Source: Raillietiella orientalis | Taxonomy: Eukaryota | DNA: 64,000 nt | NCBI GenBank assembly: GCA_036172245.1 | Contig: JAYWIR010000014.1 | Location: 3,162,001-3,226,000 of the forward strand | Direction of reading: 5' to 3' | In this document: positions 10,651-23,260 of the stretch, piece after piece | Layout: each line of letters begins with the position of its first letter | How positions within the stretch are numbered: the stretch's first letter is position 1 | Notes under the pieces: model-generated | What the model was told of the DNA's origin: nothing | The model's input: only the letters and a program-made list of their open reading frames with translations | Databases searched by the model: none | Made by a program: the position numbers and the translations under genes

Positions 10651-13169
10651 ATGTCTGCAGAGAGAGAGGAAGGATTCGTCCCGCTCCCTTCTCGCCCCTA
10701 ACGGGCGAGTCCCCTCCCTTCCCTTCCCCTGTTTTTCCGCTCGAGCGGGAGCTGAACGCGGAGGGGACCCAGCGGCCTGCTCTCTCACCTCGTCCCAGTC
10801 GGAAACAGTCGGGGAAGAAGCCGCGAGGATGCGCGTCCTGCGCCAGGACCGACTGACCGTCCTCGAGGGCGTGCCAGAGTCCCGCTGTCGCGTAAGTCCG
10901 GGGAAGGTCCGCCATCCCAGGATGCGAACCGCTCGAGACGCGAGAGCAGCGGTCATGCAGCCGTTCCTTGAGGGAAGTCCACACACATCCCTTCTCCCAC
11001 TCCCGCTGTTTTACCAGGTCGAGCCACCTCTCCTCACTTCCTCCTCTCCCCTCACCCCCTTTCTACAACAGCTGTCGAGAAAGCTGCCCGAGAGGAGGCG
11101 AGGCGACCTCGGTGGTACTGCTGACTTACGGATCCGCCTGACGTGGGGGTGACGAAGGAACAAAGAGTTCTGAAGGACCAGGGAGATATATCGCTGCCCT
11201 CTCTCTCCTTCCAGATTTCTGCTTCCCTAGTGGCTGCCCCTCTGGCACTTTGGGTTCCAGGAAGAGGATGCTGGAGGAATCGGGGAAGACGTGCAAAGTG
11301 CCACGCGAACGTCCGAGGCAAAAGAACCGGCGACTGCAGCGCACGCTCTCTGACGCAGTCGCTGCCACTGCCTATAAAGGGTGGCCCCTTTATGCGCGGA
11401 GAGTACGAAGCGAAAAGTGAAGGGTTCCGCTGGCGCTGCAACTGGCCCCTTGGGCCATTCCCACCTTTGCTGCCATCCGCTCGGCCTCGCTGCCTTTCTC
11501 CGCCTGCTTCCCTCTGACTCTTCGGCATCTGCGGAAGTGGATCTCGGAGATGAAATCCCAGAGCTGTGAGAACAGCCATCCTCCCTGCTCTGGAAGAGAC
11601 GCCGGCCTGCGTCCTCATCCGCGCTCCCTCCCATCCCTCCCGAATTCCCCCTCCTCTCTCCTCCCCTTCCTTCTTTCCCTTCTCATCTGCCTCCTGCCCT
11701 CTCCCGCGCTCGCGACAGCTTCGTTTGGGAAGTCGAAGGGATTCGGCGTTCTGAGTGGAAGGAGCGGGACGTCCAGGGAAGATGGGGCTGTTCCAGTCGG
11801 TTGCCGTCTTCCGTTCCACCAGCCGCTCAGAATCGCCCTTCTCCCCACTCTGCGAATCCAAAGAGAACTGCCGTCCTCTTTCTTTTCCCTCCTGGAGGAG
11901 CCACTGCTTCCTTGTTCAGGCGACCGCAGCGCGGCTACGAGAGGTTCCACCTCAGGCTCTCTTGGCGTGGATGTGCTGCCTCTGGAGTGCTGGGTAGGCA
12001 AAGAAAGGAAGGATCTCCAAAGGAAGATCATCGCGGGTATCTCCTCCCCCCCCTGGTAGAGGAGGAGGAGCAGAAGCGCCATCAGCAACATCGCAGCCTT
12101 CGATCTTCGTCGGTCTTTGCCGCTTTCTATTTCCGTCTCTCTCCCTCCTCCCTCTTCCCCCTCCCCTTCTCCCCTTTCCCTCCTTTCCCTCCCCCGCTTT
12201 CACCGAAGGTTCACGCCTGCTGCTGTTTGCATTTTTGCATCGCTCTGCGGCTCTCGCAGCGACCACACGGGGCTCTGACGTGTGGCAGCACCGCTCCTGC
12301 TTCACGTTTGGCAGCTGCCTCGGTCACTGCTGTCCCCGTGGTACGAATCGCACGCCTCCCCCCGTTCTCTATTCCCCTTCCCCTTCTTTCTCCAGGGAAG
12401 ATGCGCGCGCGGAAGTGAGAGAGGCGCGCGGGGTGTCCTCTACGTTCGGGACGCCTCCGAGAGCAGCGCGCGCGAGCAAGGCAAGAGAAGTGCGAGTGAG
12501 GAAGGATGGGGTGGGTCGAGGAGGGAGGGAGGGAAACTCTCCACCGGTCGAGCTCCTCCTCCTGCTGTCTTCCCGCGCGCTTTCCCCTCAGCCATTCGCT
12601 CCTAGAGAACCTTCGGGTGAGTTCTGAGGAGGGACGGAGGGGGGGTGGCATTCGCGGGTCCTTCCCTCCAAATGTTCTCGAAACTGAGTGCGCGCGCGTG
12701 CGCGGAGCGACGGGGGATGAAGGGGATGACCCGTTCCGCTGCTAATGAGTCCTGCGCGGCGTAACCCGTCGGAGGCGTGAAAGGGCGTTTCGCCATCCGG
12801 AGGCGGCGGCCTTAGGGGCGCCGCCGCCGTCCGGCTCGGGGGCGATGAGGGCAGCGAAGCAACGCCTCAAACGGTGCCGGAGGAGTGCGACGGCGATTAC
12901 CGCCGATTGCCACCTCTGTCGCCTCTACCTCGGCCGCCGGCGCTGCCGAAGGGGGTCCTGCGGCAGCGTCGGCGGTCTTCTCGACCGGGGCCGCCGAGAA
13001 AAGAGTCAGCTCCCGCAGGGGCGCGTGCCACCGCACGTGACACGTCTTCTTCCTCCCCCCTCCTCCTCCCTTCCCCCTCCCCCCGTCTGGAGAACGGGAG
13101 GCGGTAAAGAGCGCGCCTGTCGACGTAAAGAACAGCTAGAGTAGAGTGCGTCTGCAGGAACGCGCGGGT

Positions 13170-13390
13170 TTCCCGAGTGGACATAGTGGGATAAATGAGA
13201 TGAACAGAGTGAATGGGGGTTGACGCATATGGCGGTGCGGGATTCCGGAAGAGGAGCACTCGGTCACGGTCAACAGTTGCAGCCGTGAGGAAGACGGGAG
13301 TCGGCATGAAGCGTGACCGAGAGCGAAGACCCTCATCGAAGCAGGTGGTTAGCGGCTCCCCTTGGTGGTCACCGACCGTGTTTCTTAGGG
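13170..13390 (+). mobile_element. Decayed Gypsy-like integrase (H2C2 zinc domain and start of core)
   Basis: GHSGINEMNRV...IWRCGI......VNSCSR (~GH.GI.KM..WWPGI...V.SC..C), then LVVTDRVS* (~LVVVD..SK). Confidence 0.5.
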
Positions 13391-13699
13391 AGAGAGGGAT
13401 GGAGGGGTTCGAAGGGAGAAATCCGGACGCGGACTTGGAGGCTGTGCCCAATCTCCCTTTCCTTTTTCACCATCTCCTCATCCTCCTTCTCCTCCTTGGG
13501 ACCAGCAGAAAAATGCCACCCCCACCAAGGGAGGAAGTCAACGCTGGAGGGTACATGAGGCGGCGTTCCCAAGTTCGATCTGCGGGTAGCACATGGAGAC
13601 ACCGATGCTGCCCTCTTGCTTACTCTTTCCCTCTTTCTTCCTTTCCCAATTACCTCCCCCGATGTTCTGCCTGCCGAAGGGCGCAAAAGGGGTTCGGAT

Positions 13700-14045
13700 G
13701 TGGGTGTGGGGGAGCAGCCTCACGTCCTCTTCCCCTCCTACCGCTGATAGCTTCTTCTCCCCGAACACAGAGAGGAGGGTGGCAAGGCTCCAGAACGCGT
13801 TCTCGACGTCCGCCTCCTCCGCCTCCTGGAGAATAAAGCACGTCACTCTGGAGACATGCCATCCAACAAAGCTGGGAACCAACGTGGAGGCAGGACGGTT
13901 GGGACTGGGGTAGAAGTGGATCCGACTGCTCTTCCTCTGCAAGGATTAGACGGTTCTTCGAAGAGAGGCAGACCCTGGAGGAGAGAGGAACTTAGGGAGG
14001 ATGGAAGGTGCTGACAGAGGAACATCATGAAGCACTACTGGACCC
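13700..14045 (-). mobile_element. Decayed pogo/Tigger DDE transposase fragment
   Basis: LHDV...QGLPL..LIL, then IHFYPSPNRPASTLVPSFVG (~FLPPNTTS.LQP.D.G). Confidence 0.4.
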
Positions 14046-15199
14046 GTGGACCCGCGCCTAAACGGAGGAAGGAAGGAGGTGAATCGAGAGAACTGTGACC
14101 GCTTTGTCAGTCAGGCTCTAGAGGGATACTCCTTCTCCTCTTTTCCTACACCCCTACACCCCTTCTCCCCTTCCCCATTCGTCCTCTGCCCGCTCCCTCC
14201 TTAGCCCTCTACTCCGAGGTGCCCACAATTGCTCCTTGCTTGGGAGGGGCCATCGTAGAGATCAGAGTAGGCTGCGAGAATCCCTCCCTCCAGCGTGCGA
14301 CTCGACGAGCAGACGCGAGAAGAGCACTCGCGGGCTCGTTATCCCTCCTCCTACTCCCCCAAGGGTTCCCGGAAAGTCTGCTTTGCACGGATTTCCTCTC
14401 TTGTCCTCTTCCTCGGTTGCTGGCATCCAGAGAGAGGAGGAAGATTCCCCTGCCTCAGTGGACCTAGGAGAAAGCATATGGTTGTCGGGGCGGCGTGGAG
14501 GCAGAGGCGAAAGACCCTGCAGGCCGTGCCCAAAAAGACGGCGTGACCTTCTTGGAAAGCAGGGAAAAAACCAGAACTCTTTGCTGCTGTCTCCATCTCT
14601 GCCTCCCTCTCTGCTGCCGCCGTTCCTTTCTCTTCAGAACCGGACGAGACGAGGGAGATGGAAAGCAAATGAGGCGCTAGAGGAGGCGGGGCAGGAGGGG
14701 GGGAGAAGGAGAGGAGGAGGTCAGGAGACAGCTTCTGTGCATTCCGAGAGGTAGGCGTTATCTTTCGAGATAGTCGAACGCCCGGCCAGGGAGAGTTTTT
14801 GTCGATCCTTTCGGACATTTCGTCCTGCCTCCGCGCGAGATTTTCGGCTGCAGCGGCGGCGGCCCTCTCAAGAATATCCTGTGGGACGAGGAAGCGCCTC
14901 TAAGCGAACCGTGAAAACAGGAAGGGAGGCTCTAAGGGAGAGGACTGAGCTCTACAGAACGAGAGGGGGATGCGGAGCGTCCTTCCGCAGCTGCGAGAGT
15001 GCAGGGAAGAGAACCCTTCCTTTTCCTCTTCCCACTCCTTCTCCTGGAACTCTTACGAGACCCATCGTCGCCCGTGCTCCTTCCAATCTTTGCGAGGAAT
15101 CTTTGCTTCGACTTCATCCTTCCTCCGCTTTCGCCCCCCTTACCAGCGCGGGAGTCCTCTGACGATGAGTCCTGGACGGCTCCTTCGATAGGGGAGAGT

Positions 15200-16300
15200 A
15201 GCCGTCAACAACGATGAGCGACATCCTAGGGTCATCGGCTGGAGTCTTTAGTGGCGAGGTCGAGCGGATGTTTGGGAAAGGAAAAGTGGATGGTTTGGAT
15301 GGGAAAGGAAGTCTCAAGAAAAAACTGAGGATGCTCTCGAGGTGGGAACTGCTGCCCGGGTCGGAGGCGGAACCCAGAGCGGCAGGAGAGAGAGTGGAGC
15401 TGCCTCCGGAAAGCGAAGTGCGGGACTGCAAGGTTCTCCGGGGCCAAGCCGCATGACAAGAGAGAAAGCAGGATGAGGGCTCTGTGCGAGGCACATTTGT
15501 TAGCAGGATGGCGCTGTCCACTGGTGACGTCAGCGAATAGCAGCGGCGATAGGCGCCACAACACCGGGACGAGAGAGGGAGGTGAGAAAAATGCTCTCGA
15601 AGAAGGTTCTTTCTAAAGAATTTTTTTTTTCTTCTTTCTTTTGATGCCCGATCCGTTTCCTCCGAACAATTCTGAAAGTCAAAGAATGGCGTCCAAGAAG
15701 CAGCTCTTCCAGACTAGGTTCTTGAAGGGAGAAGGATCAGCTCGGAAAGAGAGAGGTAGATCCAGCTGGATTACTAGCGCCACACGCTGCCACCCTCCCT
15801 GGGTGCTTTACGAGAGAGCAGAAATCATTCGGTCGTCTTGATCAAGGATCCCTCGTCGACGGAGGGGGCAAAGAGCATCTCCGGTGAAGACCTCTCGGCG
15901 CTCCAAAGAAGCACAGCTGCTGCAGCTGCACGCTTCATTCTTCTTTCCGTCCTCTTTCGTTTCCTTCGTCTGTTCGGAGATGCACCGAATGCCAAGGAAG
16001 AGGTGCCTCTGAGTATGGTTGCCTGGCAATCTGTTGGTCCTGGTCGAGCCTGTCTATACAGCGAGGGAAACAGCAGGGTTCCAGGGCTTCATAGGAAGTC
16101 GACTCCAGTGGCTGTGCCGCTGCTGCTTTTATGGAAACGCTCTCATCGTCGTGGATCCGAGCTTTGCCTTTTGCTGTTTCCCCGACAACCAGTAAATCGA
16201 TGGGGAGAATGCTCAGTCACTAGGCAATCCCCTCCCCCCCTCCCTTCCTGCCTTTTCAAGAGCTCACCAGAGGATTCCGTGTGCCCAGTTGTAGCGAGAG
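15200..16300 (-). mobile_element. Decayed LINE (AP endonuclease plus RT fragments)
   Basis: LQLGTRN (~GTWN), IDLLVVGET, GVDFL (~GVGFL), VFTGDA (~GDFNA), QLD (~QID), then LSPLLF and SCRSGFRL (~C..GL.IN) downstream on the same strand. Confidence 0.55.
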
Positions 16301-17986
16301 AGGCAGCATCCTTCTTCACGCCTCCCATCTCTGTTCCACTGTCCATCCTCTACAGAGAGAGAGACAAAAGTCCCATCTTGTGTAACCCCCCCGTATCCCC
16401 GAGGCAAGTTCCGTTGTTCTTCGCGACTTTGATCCTCTAAGCAAACAAAGTGCCTCTCTCCTCTCCAGTCGGTCTGCCCTCAAGAAGGAAAGGCGCACAT
16501 TCGGATGTTCGGACCTGAGGGCTGCAGCCACTTCGTAATCCAGGTTTTCCCTCTAGCCGTCTCCTGCGTTCTCTCCTTCCCCACCTCTTCGGTCTTGAGA
16601 AATCCCAATGCGACCTCTGGGGGAGGGACAGAACGGAAGCTTCAGCGATCTGTCCCAACGTGGTTCCGAGCTTAAGACCTCATCAGAGGGCCGGGAACAT
16701 GCGCGCGAGAGAGCACGCGAAACCCAGGTTCACGTCGTTCGGGTTGGACCTAGCCCTACCCTCTACCCGAAGGCGTACGCTTCTGACTGCCCACAAGTTC
16801 TCAGAACATGGAGCACCTCGCGAGCTCCTTCTTCAGCCGACTGGGAGCCCAGGGTCCGCCTCCCATCCTGGAGTTCGGATTTTCGTCTCCGCTTCATCCG
16901 CTGCCCTCCCTGTGATTCTGCAGGTTTTCCTCCCCCTTGGCCAAGAGGTCCAGATTTTTTCCCCCATCGCCCAAGGCAGGAGGATAGAGTGCTCTAGTGG
17001 AGGTCTTCCGGGAGCATTCCTTTCAGGGTGCATGAACTCCCGATGCCGACTCTTCGCGTTTCCTTCGCCTCGTTTGCAGAGTTTTCCTCCCCCCCATCCC
17101 CCAGTCTCCTTGGGGAAAAGCACGCGTGCGCAAGTGTTGATTCTGTGGCGCAGCCTCCTGAGGAAGCGTTTTGGCAGGGGCATCATCCCTCTCGCGAGCA
17201 ACAGGCCGAAGGAGGAGGGGAGAGCGATGGTTCGAATGCGCGCGTCCAGCGCGCGCGACCTTTCAAGCAGGAACCGGTAGCAGCCAATGCCCGCACCACA
17301 TTCCACGTACTCCTCCTCTCGGAAGTCCTAGGGACGGGGGGTCGCGTTCCCCTGCCCGAAGAAGTAGTTCCGCGACTGGCGAGCATGAGCGCCTTCTACT
17401 GAGACCATTGAGGGGCCGGAGAGATGGCTTCCGAGAGCAAAGCGCCGCAGCCCCGCCGGCTATGGAGACCCTTCCGACGATCGCCGCCACCAGCGTGCAC
17501 TTGCGTGTGGTGCGAGGCAGTGGGCGTGTCACGTCAGTGAGCAGTAAACAAACAGATTCCAGCGCAAATAGCCAGCGAGCTCCAGAAATGGACTGCGGAT
17601 TTTTGTTTGTTTATTTGTTTGTTTTCCCCTTCCCCTTGGTCTCCTCTGTTTGGACTCCACGTGGTTGGTCAGATGACCTCCTCTCTGGCGTGCGCGCTCA
17701 TCGGTGGATTCTGCATTGGCGGCTCTCCATCTCTCTCGGTTGCGTCGGGCTGCAACTGCGGCTCCTCAAACCCCCTTCTCCGGTTTCTTGGCTCAGAGGG
17801 TCGCGTTGCCACGGTAGGGTAGACTTGGGACCGACCGTGACTCCGGCCTTTTCGCCCCCCTCTCCTTCCACTGTCCTTTCCTCGGTAGGGGACGACGAGC
17901 AGTTCATCCGTCATGGAACAAAATGTTCCGCGAGAGCCCGAGAATACCGTCGCCCGGAGTTTAGATGCTGAGAAAGCTCCTCTACG

Positions 17987-18815
17987 GACAGGTGCAGTCC
18001 GTGATGTGACTTTCATTTGAAAGGGCAGTAACTGGCCCCAGGACCTGCTGCTCCCTCAAGCAGGGGCGGAGGCACCTCCTTGGTCTCCTTGCTGCTCCCT
18101 TCGCTCCCGTTTCCCGTGACGCCGTAGTGTGCTCTCCCTTCCGGGAGAAGGAAGGAGCACCTCTCTTGCTGTTTCTTCCCCTTGCTAGGGTCCTCCTAGC
18201 TTTCTCCTCCTCCTTCCCTCTTTTCCGTTTTGTGGTACATACCTGGGGGTCATGGTCGGCGCCTCTTCGTCCGGAATCGCGCTGCTGCTTTGTTTCCCTT
18301 TGCTGCTGCCACCTCCTCCTTGCATGCTTCTTTTTTTTTCCTCTCCCCGACGGGCAGGAGAGTTCCTCAGCATCCCGCCGGTGACGCGAGAGGCAACAAC
18401 GCTGAACGGTAAGAGGAACCGACGCGTTTCCTGTTTCTCTGCTGCCTCCCAGGAATGATTCCTCCGCGTTTCCGGTTTCCTCATTTTTTTCCCCCTTCCC
18501 CCCCTTTCCCCGCCGCCGCCTTCCTTCTTGCCCCCGGAAATCTCATCCTCTCATCTGGATGCCTCCCTTCGGCAGGAGGCAGTTGGAATGCATTCCGAGA
18601 GGAGGCGCTGCCGCATGCCGCGAGCCAGAGCCACCTCCTCTCTCCTGTCCGGAGATGTTGTCTTTCCGCGGAAGATGCTATCTGCACGGCGGCTCGCTGA
18701 GGCTGTTTTGGAGCCGCTAATGTCGTTCCCGTGTTTTGCTTCCCGGGAAAATTTCCAGTAAATGAAGAGCCAGTTATTGCCCTATTTGAAAGTCACGTCA
18801 CAAACTGCACCTGTC
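17987..18815. mobile_element. Pair of ~50-bp inverted repeats enclosing ~730 bp (possible non-autonomous DNA transposon/MITE)
   Basis: 17987-18036 reads GACAGGTGCAGTCCGTGATGTGACTTTCATTTGAAAGGGCAGTAACTGGC; the reverse complement of 18769-18815 reads GACAGGTGCAGTTTGTGACGTGACTTTCAAATAGGGCAATAACTGGC. The repeat is certain, but no TSD was identified. Confidence 0.55.
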
Positions 18816-21800
18816 AGTTCTTGCACGCCCGAGTAGAGAAGAGGAAAATAGAAAGAAGGCGGGAACGGAGAAGAATCGATGGCTGCGTCATCCGAAATTG
18901 AAAACGCAGAAGAGGCAACGGAGAGAAGGAAGAAGCGAGAAGGCTGCCACATGCGTCACAAACGAGAAAAAAAAACAAAAGCAAAAAACAAAAAAATAAA
19001 TAAAGAAGTAAAGGAGCTAAAATGAAAAGGAGAGAGGGGAGAAGGCTGGCCTGCTTCCCGTAGGGGGCAAAAGGCTCTCCCTCCTCCTCCCCCGTTTCTG
19101 CATTTGAAGGCGTCGCCCCTGGAGGGTTCTTGAAGCTCCAGATTTCCGCGTGGAAGAACGAGGAGGAGAAGGAAGGAGGGAAGCAGGGAAGCGAGAGACA
19201 TCCTTCCGGTGTCCTTTTCGCCTCGCAGGTGCATTCGCCCAGCCTCTCGCCGGAGGAAGGACTCCCTCCCGCAGCAGTTAGCTTGAGGGAGATGAGAAGT
19301 TTTCCTTCCTCACCGAAGGACGCCGAAGTGCACATGACACACGACCGAACCCTCGCCCGCTGGAACTCCGACTCCTCGAATCTGAATCCCCTCCCCCTCC
19401 TCGCACCTCTGCCTCTGGACCTGAATGATCCATCGTGAGAAAAAGCCTCCGGCATTCCCCACAGAGGTTTCCATCCAATGGTTCCTCTTACTGACATCCT
19501 CTCTAGAGGAACCATCACCACCTACCAGGCTCGAAAATCGGCTTCTGAATCTCCTAGGAAATGTGACCGTCCTCTCCGTGCCCTTTTCATCCTCCTCCTC
19601 CCATGTATCCAGCCAATGCCACCTCCCTCCTCCCATCTCTCATTTTCTTCCACCACTTCCTTTTTTCTTTCACCGTTTGCGGGTACGATCTTCACCCTCA
19701 GATTCAGGAAGGTCCATCCAATCTCTCTGCAGCACCGAGGCTTTCAGCGTGACCAAACATGCGGCACTTTGTTCCCTGCGCTCCTCAGGGGAGGAATGAG
19801 AAATACTGTGTCTTTTCCTTTTCTCTTAGATGGAGAGGTGTTTCTTCTGATGTTCGCGTGCTGCAGGAACCATTCCTAGAACTGGAGACCTGACTCGGAG
19901 AGCGCTCGAGGCAGAAGAGGAGACTCCGTGGCTGGCACTCAGGGAAGATTTTCAGGAAGAAAAAAGGGAGGAAGGGAGAGAAAAAAAAGGAACGCAGAGC
20001 ATTGCCGACGTCACAACGCTGACGGCGTCGGCCTTGTACGTTTCCAGCAGCTCCAGTCAGCAGCTCTTGACGACGAGGGACAAACAGCCATGGACGCAAG
20101 GTCACTTCACTAGCAGCCTCCTTTGCATGGATCCAAAGCACCCTCGTGGCACTGTGTTCACCAATGGCGGGTTTCGGTCAACCCGGGTGGTCGCTGCAGC
20201 TGGAGTGCAGTGATTCGGAGTCTGAGGAGCTGAGAGCGGGCTCCTTTGGCCGTTTGGCTGCATCCTCTGGGTAACGTCTGTCGCCCTTACCAGCTGTGAA
20301 AAGACCTTCAGTCTTCTGTTTGACGCTGGTAAGGCAGAGGACTGGAGAGGGAGACCACACAGAGTGAAAGGTGCTCGCAATGGGAAGTTCCGTTTGTTGG
20401 GATATTCCCGGAGACCCCCTCCCTGCCTGCTACGGACACGTCTGTCTTTTTAAGGATCAATAAAGAGGGGGAAATTCTTTCTCATCCTGCGGAAACTCTG
20501 CTGCCGAAACAGCAGAAGCAGTTTCCTTCGGAGTCCGGAGGAACTGCTTCCTGTAGGAGGGCGCTGCTGACGGAATCTTCAAAAGAAGGCGGAATGTCTC
20601 GGGAAAGGAATGGACGCGAGCGATCGGTGCCCTCTGCCAGCGGTATTTTTGGAACCTGCCCTTAGGGGCGCTGTGCAGGACCCTCGTCACCCACGACGGT
20701 GTGAGGACTCTGTGCAGGACAGCACCCGCCTAAAGGAAAAGTCCCTGAAGCACGGGAACGTCCTTCTCGCAACGGACCCTCGCTGCTTCGAGCTCGCTCT
20801 CCCTTCTTCGGATGCAGCAGGATCGGCGACCTTTAGGTCTTAGGAGACCATTTTGCATGCTCCCTCACCCTCGGGGGCGCGTCGAGGAAGCTCTTCCCCC
20901 GCAGCTCTCGGAACCACAGGGACGCATGCATGTGTTCTAGGGACCTTGGGTACGCATCACTTCAGCTCACGAGGATTAGCAGGAAGAAGAGGAGGTGCGT
21001 GTGTCAGTGTTTGCGCCTCCGTACGTTCCAGGCAGGGGTCGCGCGGGTGGCAGCTGCGGTGCGGGATCGCGTGTTGGCGGCGTCACCGATAGAGGAAGAT
21101 GCCTCGCGGAAAAAGAAAAGCGGCGCGCAAGCGAAAGCCGCAAACCGCAGTTCCGGAACTTCCTAGCGGAGCTCCTCTCTCCCTTCTTCTTCCTCCCCTC
21201 TTTCTCTCCTCCATCCCTTCGCGAAGTCGTCGCCAAGAACGAAAGCACTGAAGCCAATTGTCCTTCCCCTGTTGTCCTTCCTCCCTCCCCTCTCCGTCAG
21301 TGCATCGGACTGCTCCTTCTCGAAAGGCCTCATCGGCTTGCGCTCTTCCCGAAGGGAACCTCCCTCGAACTCTGGGACTAGGCTACAGGTGAGTGCCGAC
21401 CGACAACATCTTCTTTCCTCTCTCCCGGATGGAACATCCTCGGTCCCAGAGGCAGCTCTCGAAGTGCGACATTCGCTTCTCTTGACTCTCCTTTTGTCCC
21501 TCTCGCAGAAAAAGGGAGAGGCAGTGACGCTCTTTTTCCCTCTGTCTCCTTAAAGACCAACTCGTGGAGCCCGTGGGACCTCACTACATCCTCTCACTCT
21601 CTCCCACCGATCTCGGAAGAGGTTGCGCAAACTCGGGAAAAAAGGAGCTAGGAAAACCCCTCGGGCTGCTCCTTTCGTTGCGTCCTTGATGGACCTCGGC
21701 CCACCTCAGGACGGACACCCCGGAGAGAGAGGTCTGAGCTATTTCTTGGACGCGCACAACCCGTTGCTCTGGGCAGCATCCAGGACAGAACTGGTATCCG

Positions 21801-23129
21801 GAGTGACAAAAGAAGGGGAGCGAAAGAGCTCGTTCCTTCCTAGGGACGACGCTCGAAGGAGGAGGAGGAAGGGAAGCTCACGTGAGTTGCCCTGCAGGCG
21901 GGGCGCGCGCCCCGCCGATCGGGACACAGCAGCGACAAGCTGCCCTTTCCTCTATTCCTCTTTCTTCTTCCCGGAGCAACTGGGTGATAAGTTTCCCTCT
22001 TCCTGCCTTCCTTCCTCCCTCCCTTCCACCACGTTGGAATGCAATTACTCCCTGCTTTCATCGCGGTGTCCTCCAGGAATCGCAGGGACACGGCAGCAGC
22101 GTCAACGGAAACGCGGCGTTCATCCCAAATCGATTAGGGATTGCGTGACGGATCAGGATGGAAGGGAGGAAGGAGATGGAGAGGAGGAGGAGGAGCAGGA
22201 AGAATATCCGTTCGTCGGGAAGGATTTAGACGTTCATGGGATTCTTTAGCAAAAGGAAAAAGAATTATGTGTTAGAATGAGGATCAGGGAAGGAATTCGG
22301 TGGCGCGTCAGGTGCTAGCTATGGGGGAAGGGATGCGTGTGGTAGGGTGGGCAGGGTCGTGCCTGCTAGTGGGAGAGAAACTCTCGCCTGCAGGAAAGAG
22401 GGGAGGATGAGGGAGGTCAGAAGATGGCGGGGGAGGAGTCATCACTTCCTTCCTTCTGTGCATTCTGATCTGCCCTGCCGTACGGCACCAAGAGGAGCCT
22501 CCCGGACTCTTCCCTGCCAAGGAGCTAGGGGAAAAGCTTCCGGGACTCACTGACGACGATGGGAACGCGCGCTTTCCCGGAAGTACCGACCGCTGCCGGC
22601 ACTCCGTGCGCAGCATGGGCGGCTCCTTCGTCCAACCCCTCTTTTTCACCGGAGCAGGGCCAGTACTTGGACTCGCCCGAAGGCATCACGCTGCGACGTG
22701 CCGCTGCAACTTCCCCAGGGAGTGCCACCGGCACGGACGACGATGGCGTGTGGAACTCCCCAGCTCTCTCCCGACAAGTCTCACCTCCCTTCCGGCTAAC
22801 TGGTCCGAGTCTCTCCTTCCCCACCCAAGGTCTGTGCCTACATCCCAGGCCCCAGTTTTCTCAGGAGTCCCTTCTTCCCTCCGTTGCTTGGAAACGCCAA
22901 TGCTCGCTTGCATCTTTCCCTTCGAGCGGGAGGAGGCTTCGCATTCCTTCTTGGGATAGGGGTAGAGTAAAGTAGAGTAAAGGAGGGAGAAGTGGTGGCT
23001 AAAAGGACGTCCTCGCCACCGGAGTACCCGCAGACCAGAGCAGAGGGTGCTGCTCCATAGTTCTGAAACTCCCGAAGGAGACGGTCGGCTGGCAAGGAAG
23101 ACGACGCGCCTCCGCAGGCGGCGGCAGAG

Positions 23130-23260
23130 ACGACGTTTGAGCGATTCGTGGGTCCAGAGTCTTCCCACCTCCCGGAGAGTAACCCAGGCGAAACATCGAA
23201 TCTGAGAAAATTCTCTCCATGATGGAAAGAAACAGGCAGGAGAGAACCGGGAACACCCGA
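23130..23260 (+). mobile_element. Possible hAT C-terminal dimerisation motif relic
   Basis: LPESN...ESEKILSMM (~LP.SNA..ER.FS.M). Confidence 0.3.

Noticed and set aside
20250..22730. Further possible hAT fragments (20250-20400 minus, 22540-22730 minus) and pogo fragments (43400-43730 minus, 43980-44300 plus)
   Set aside because: Only one or two weak motifs each; not supportable without an HMM search.
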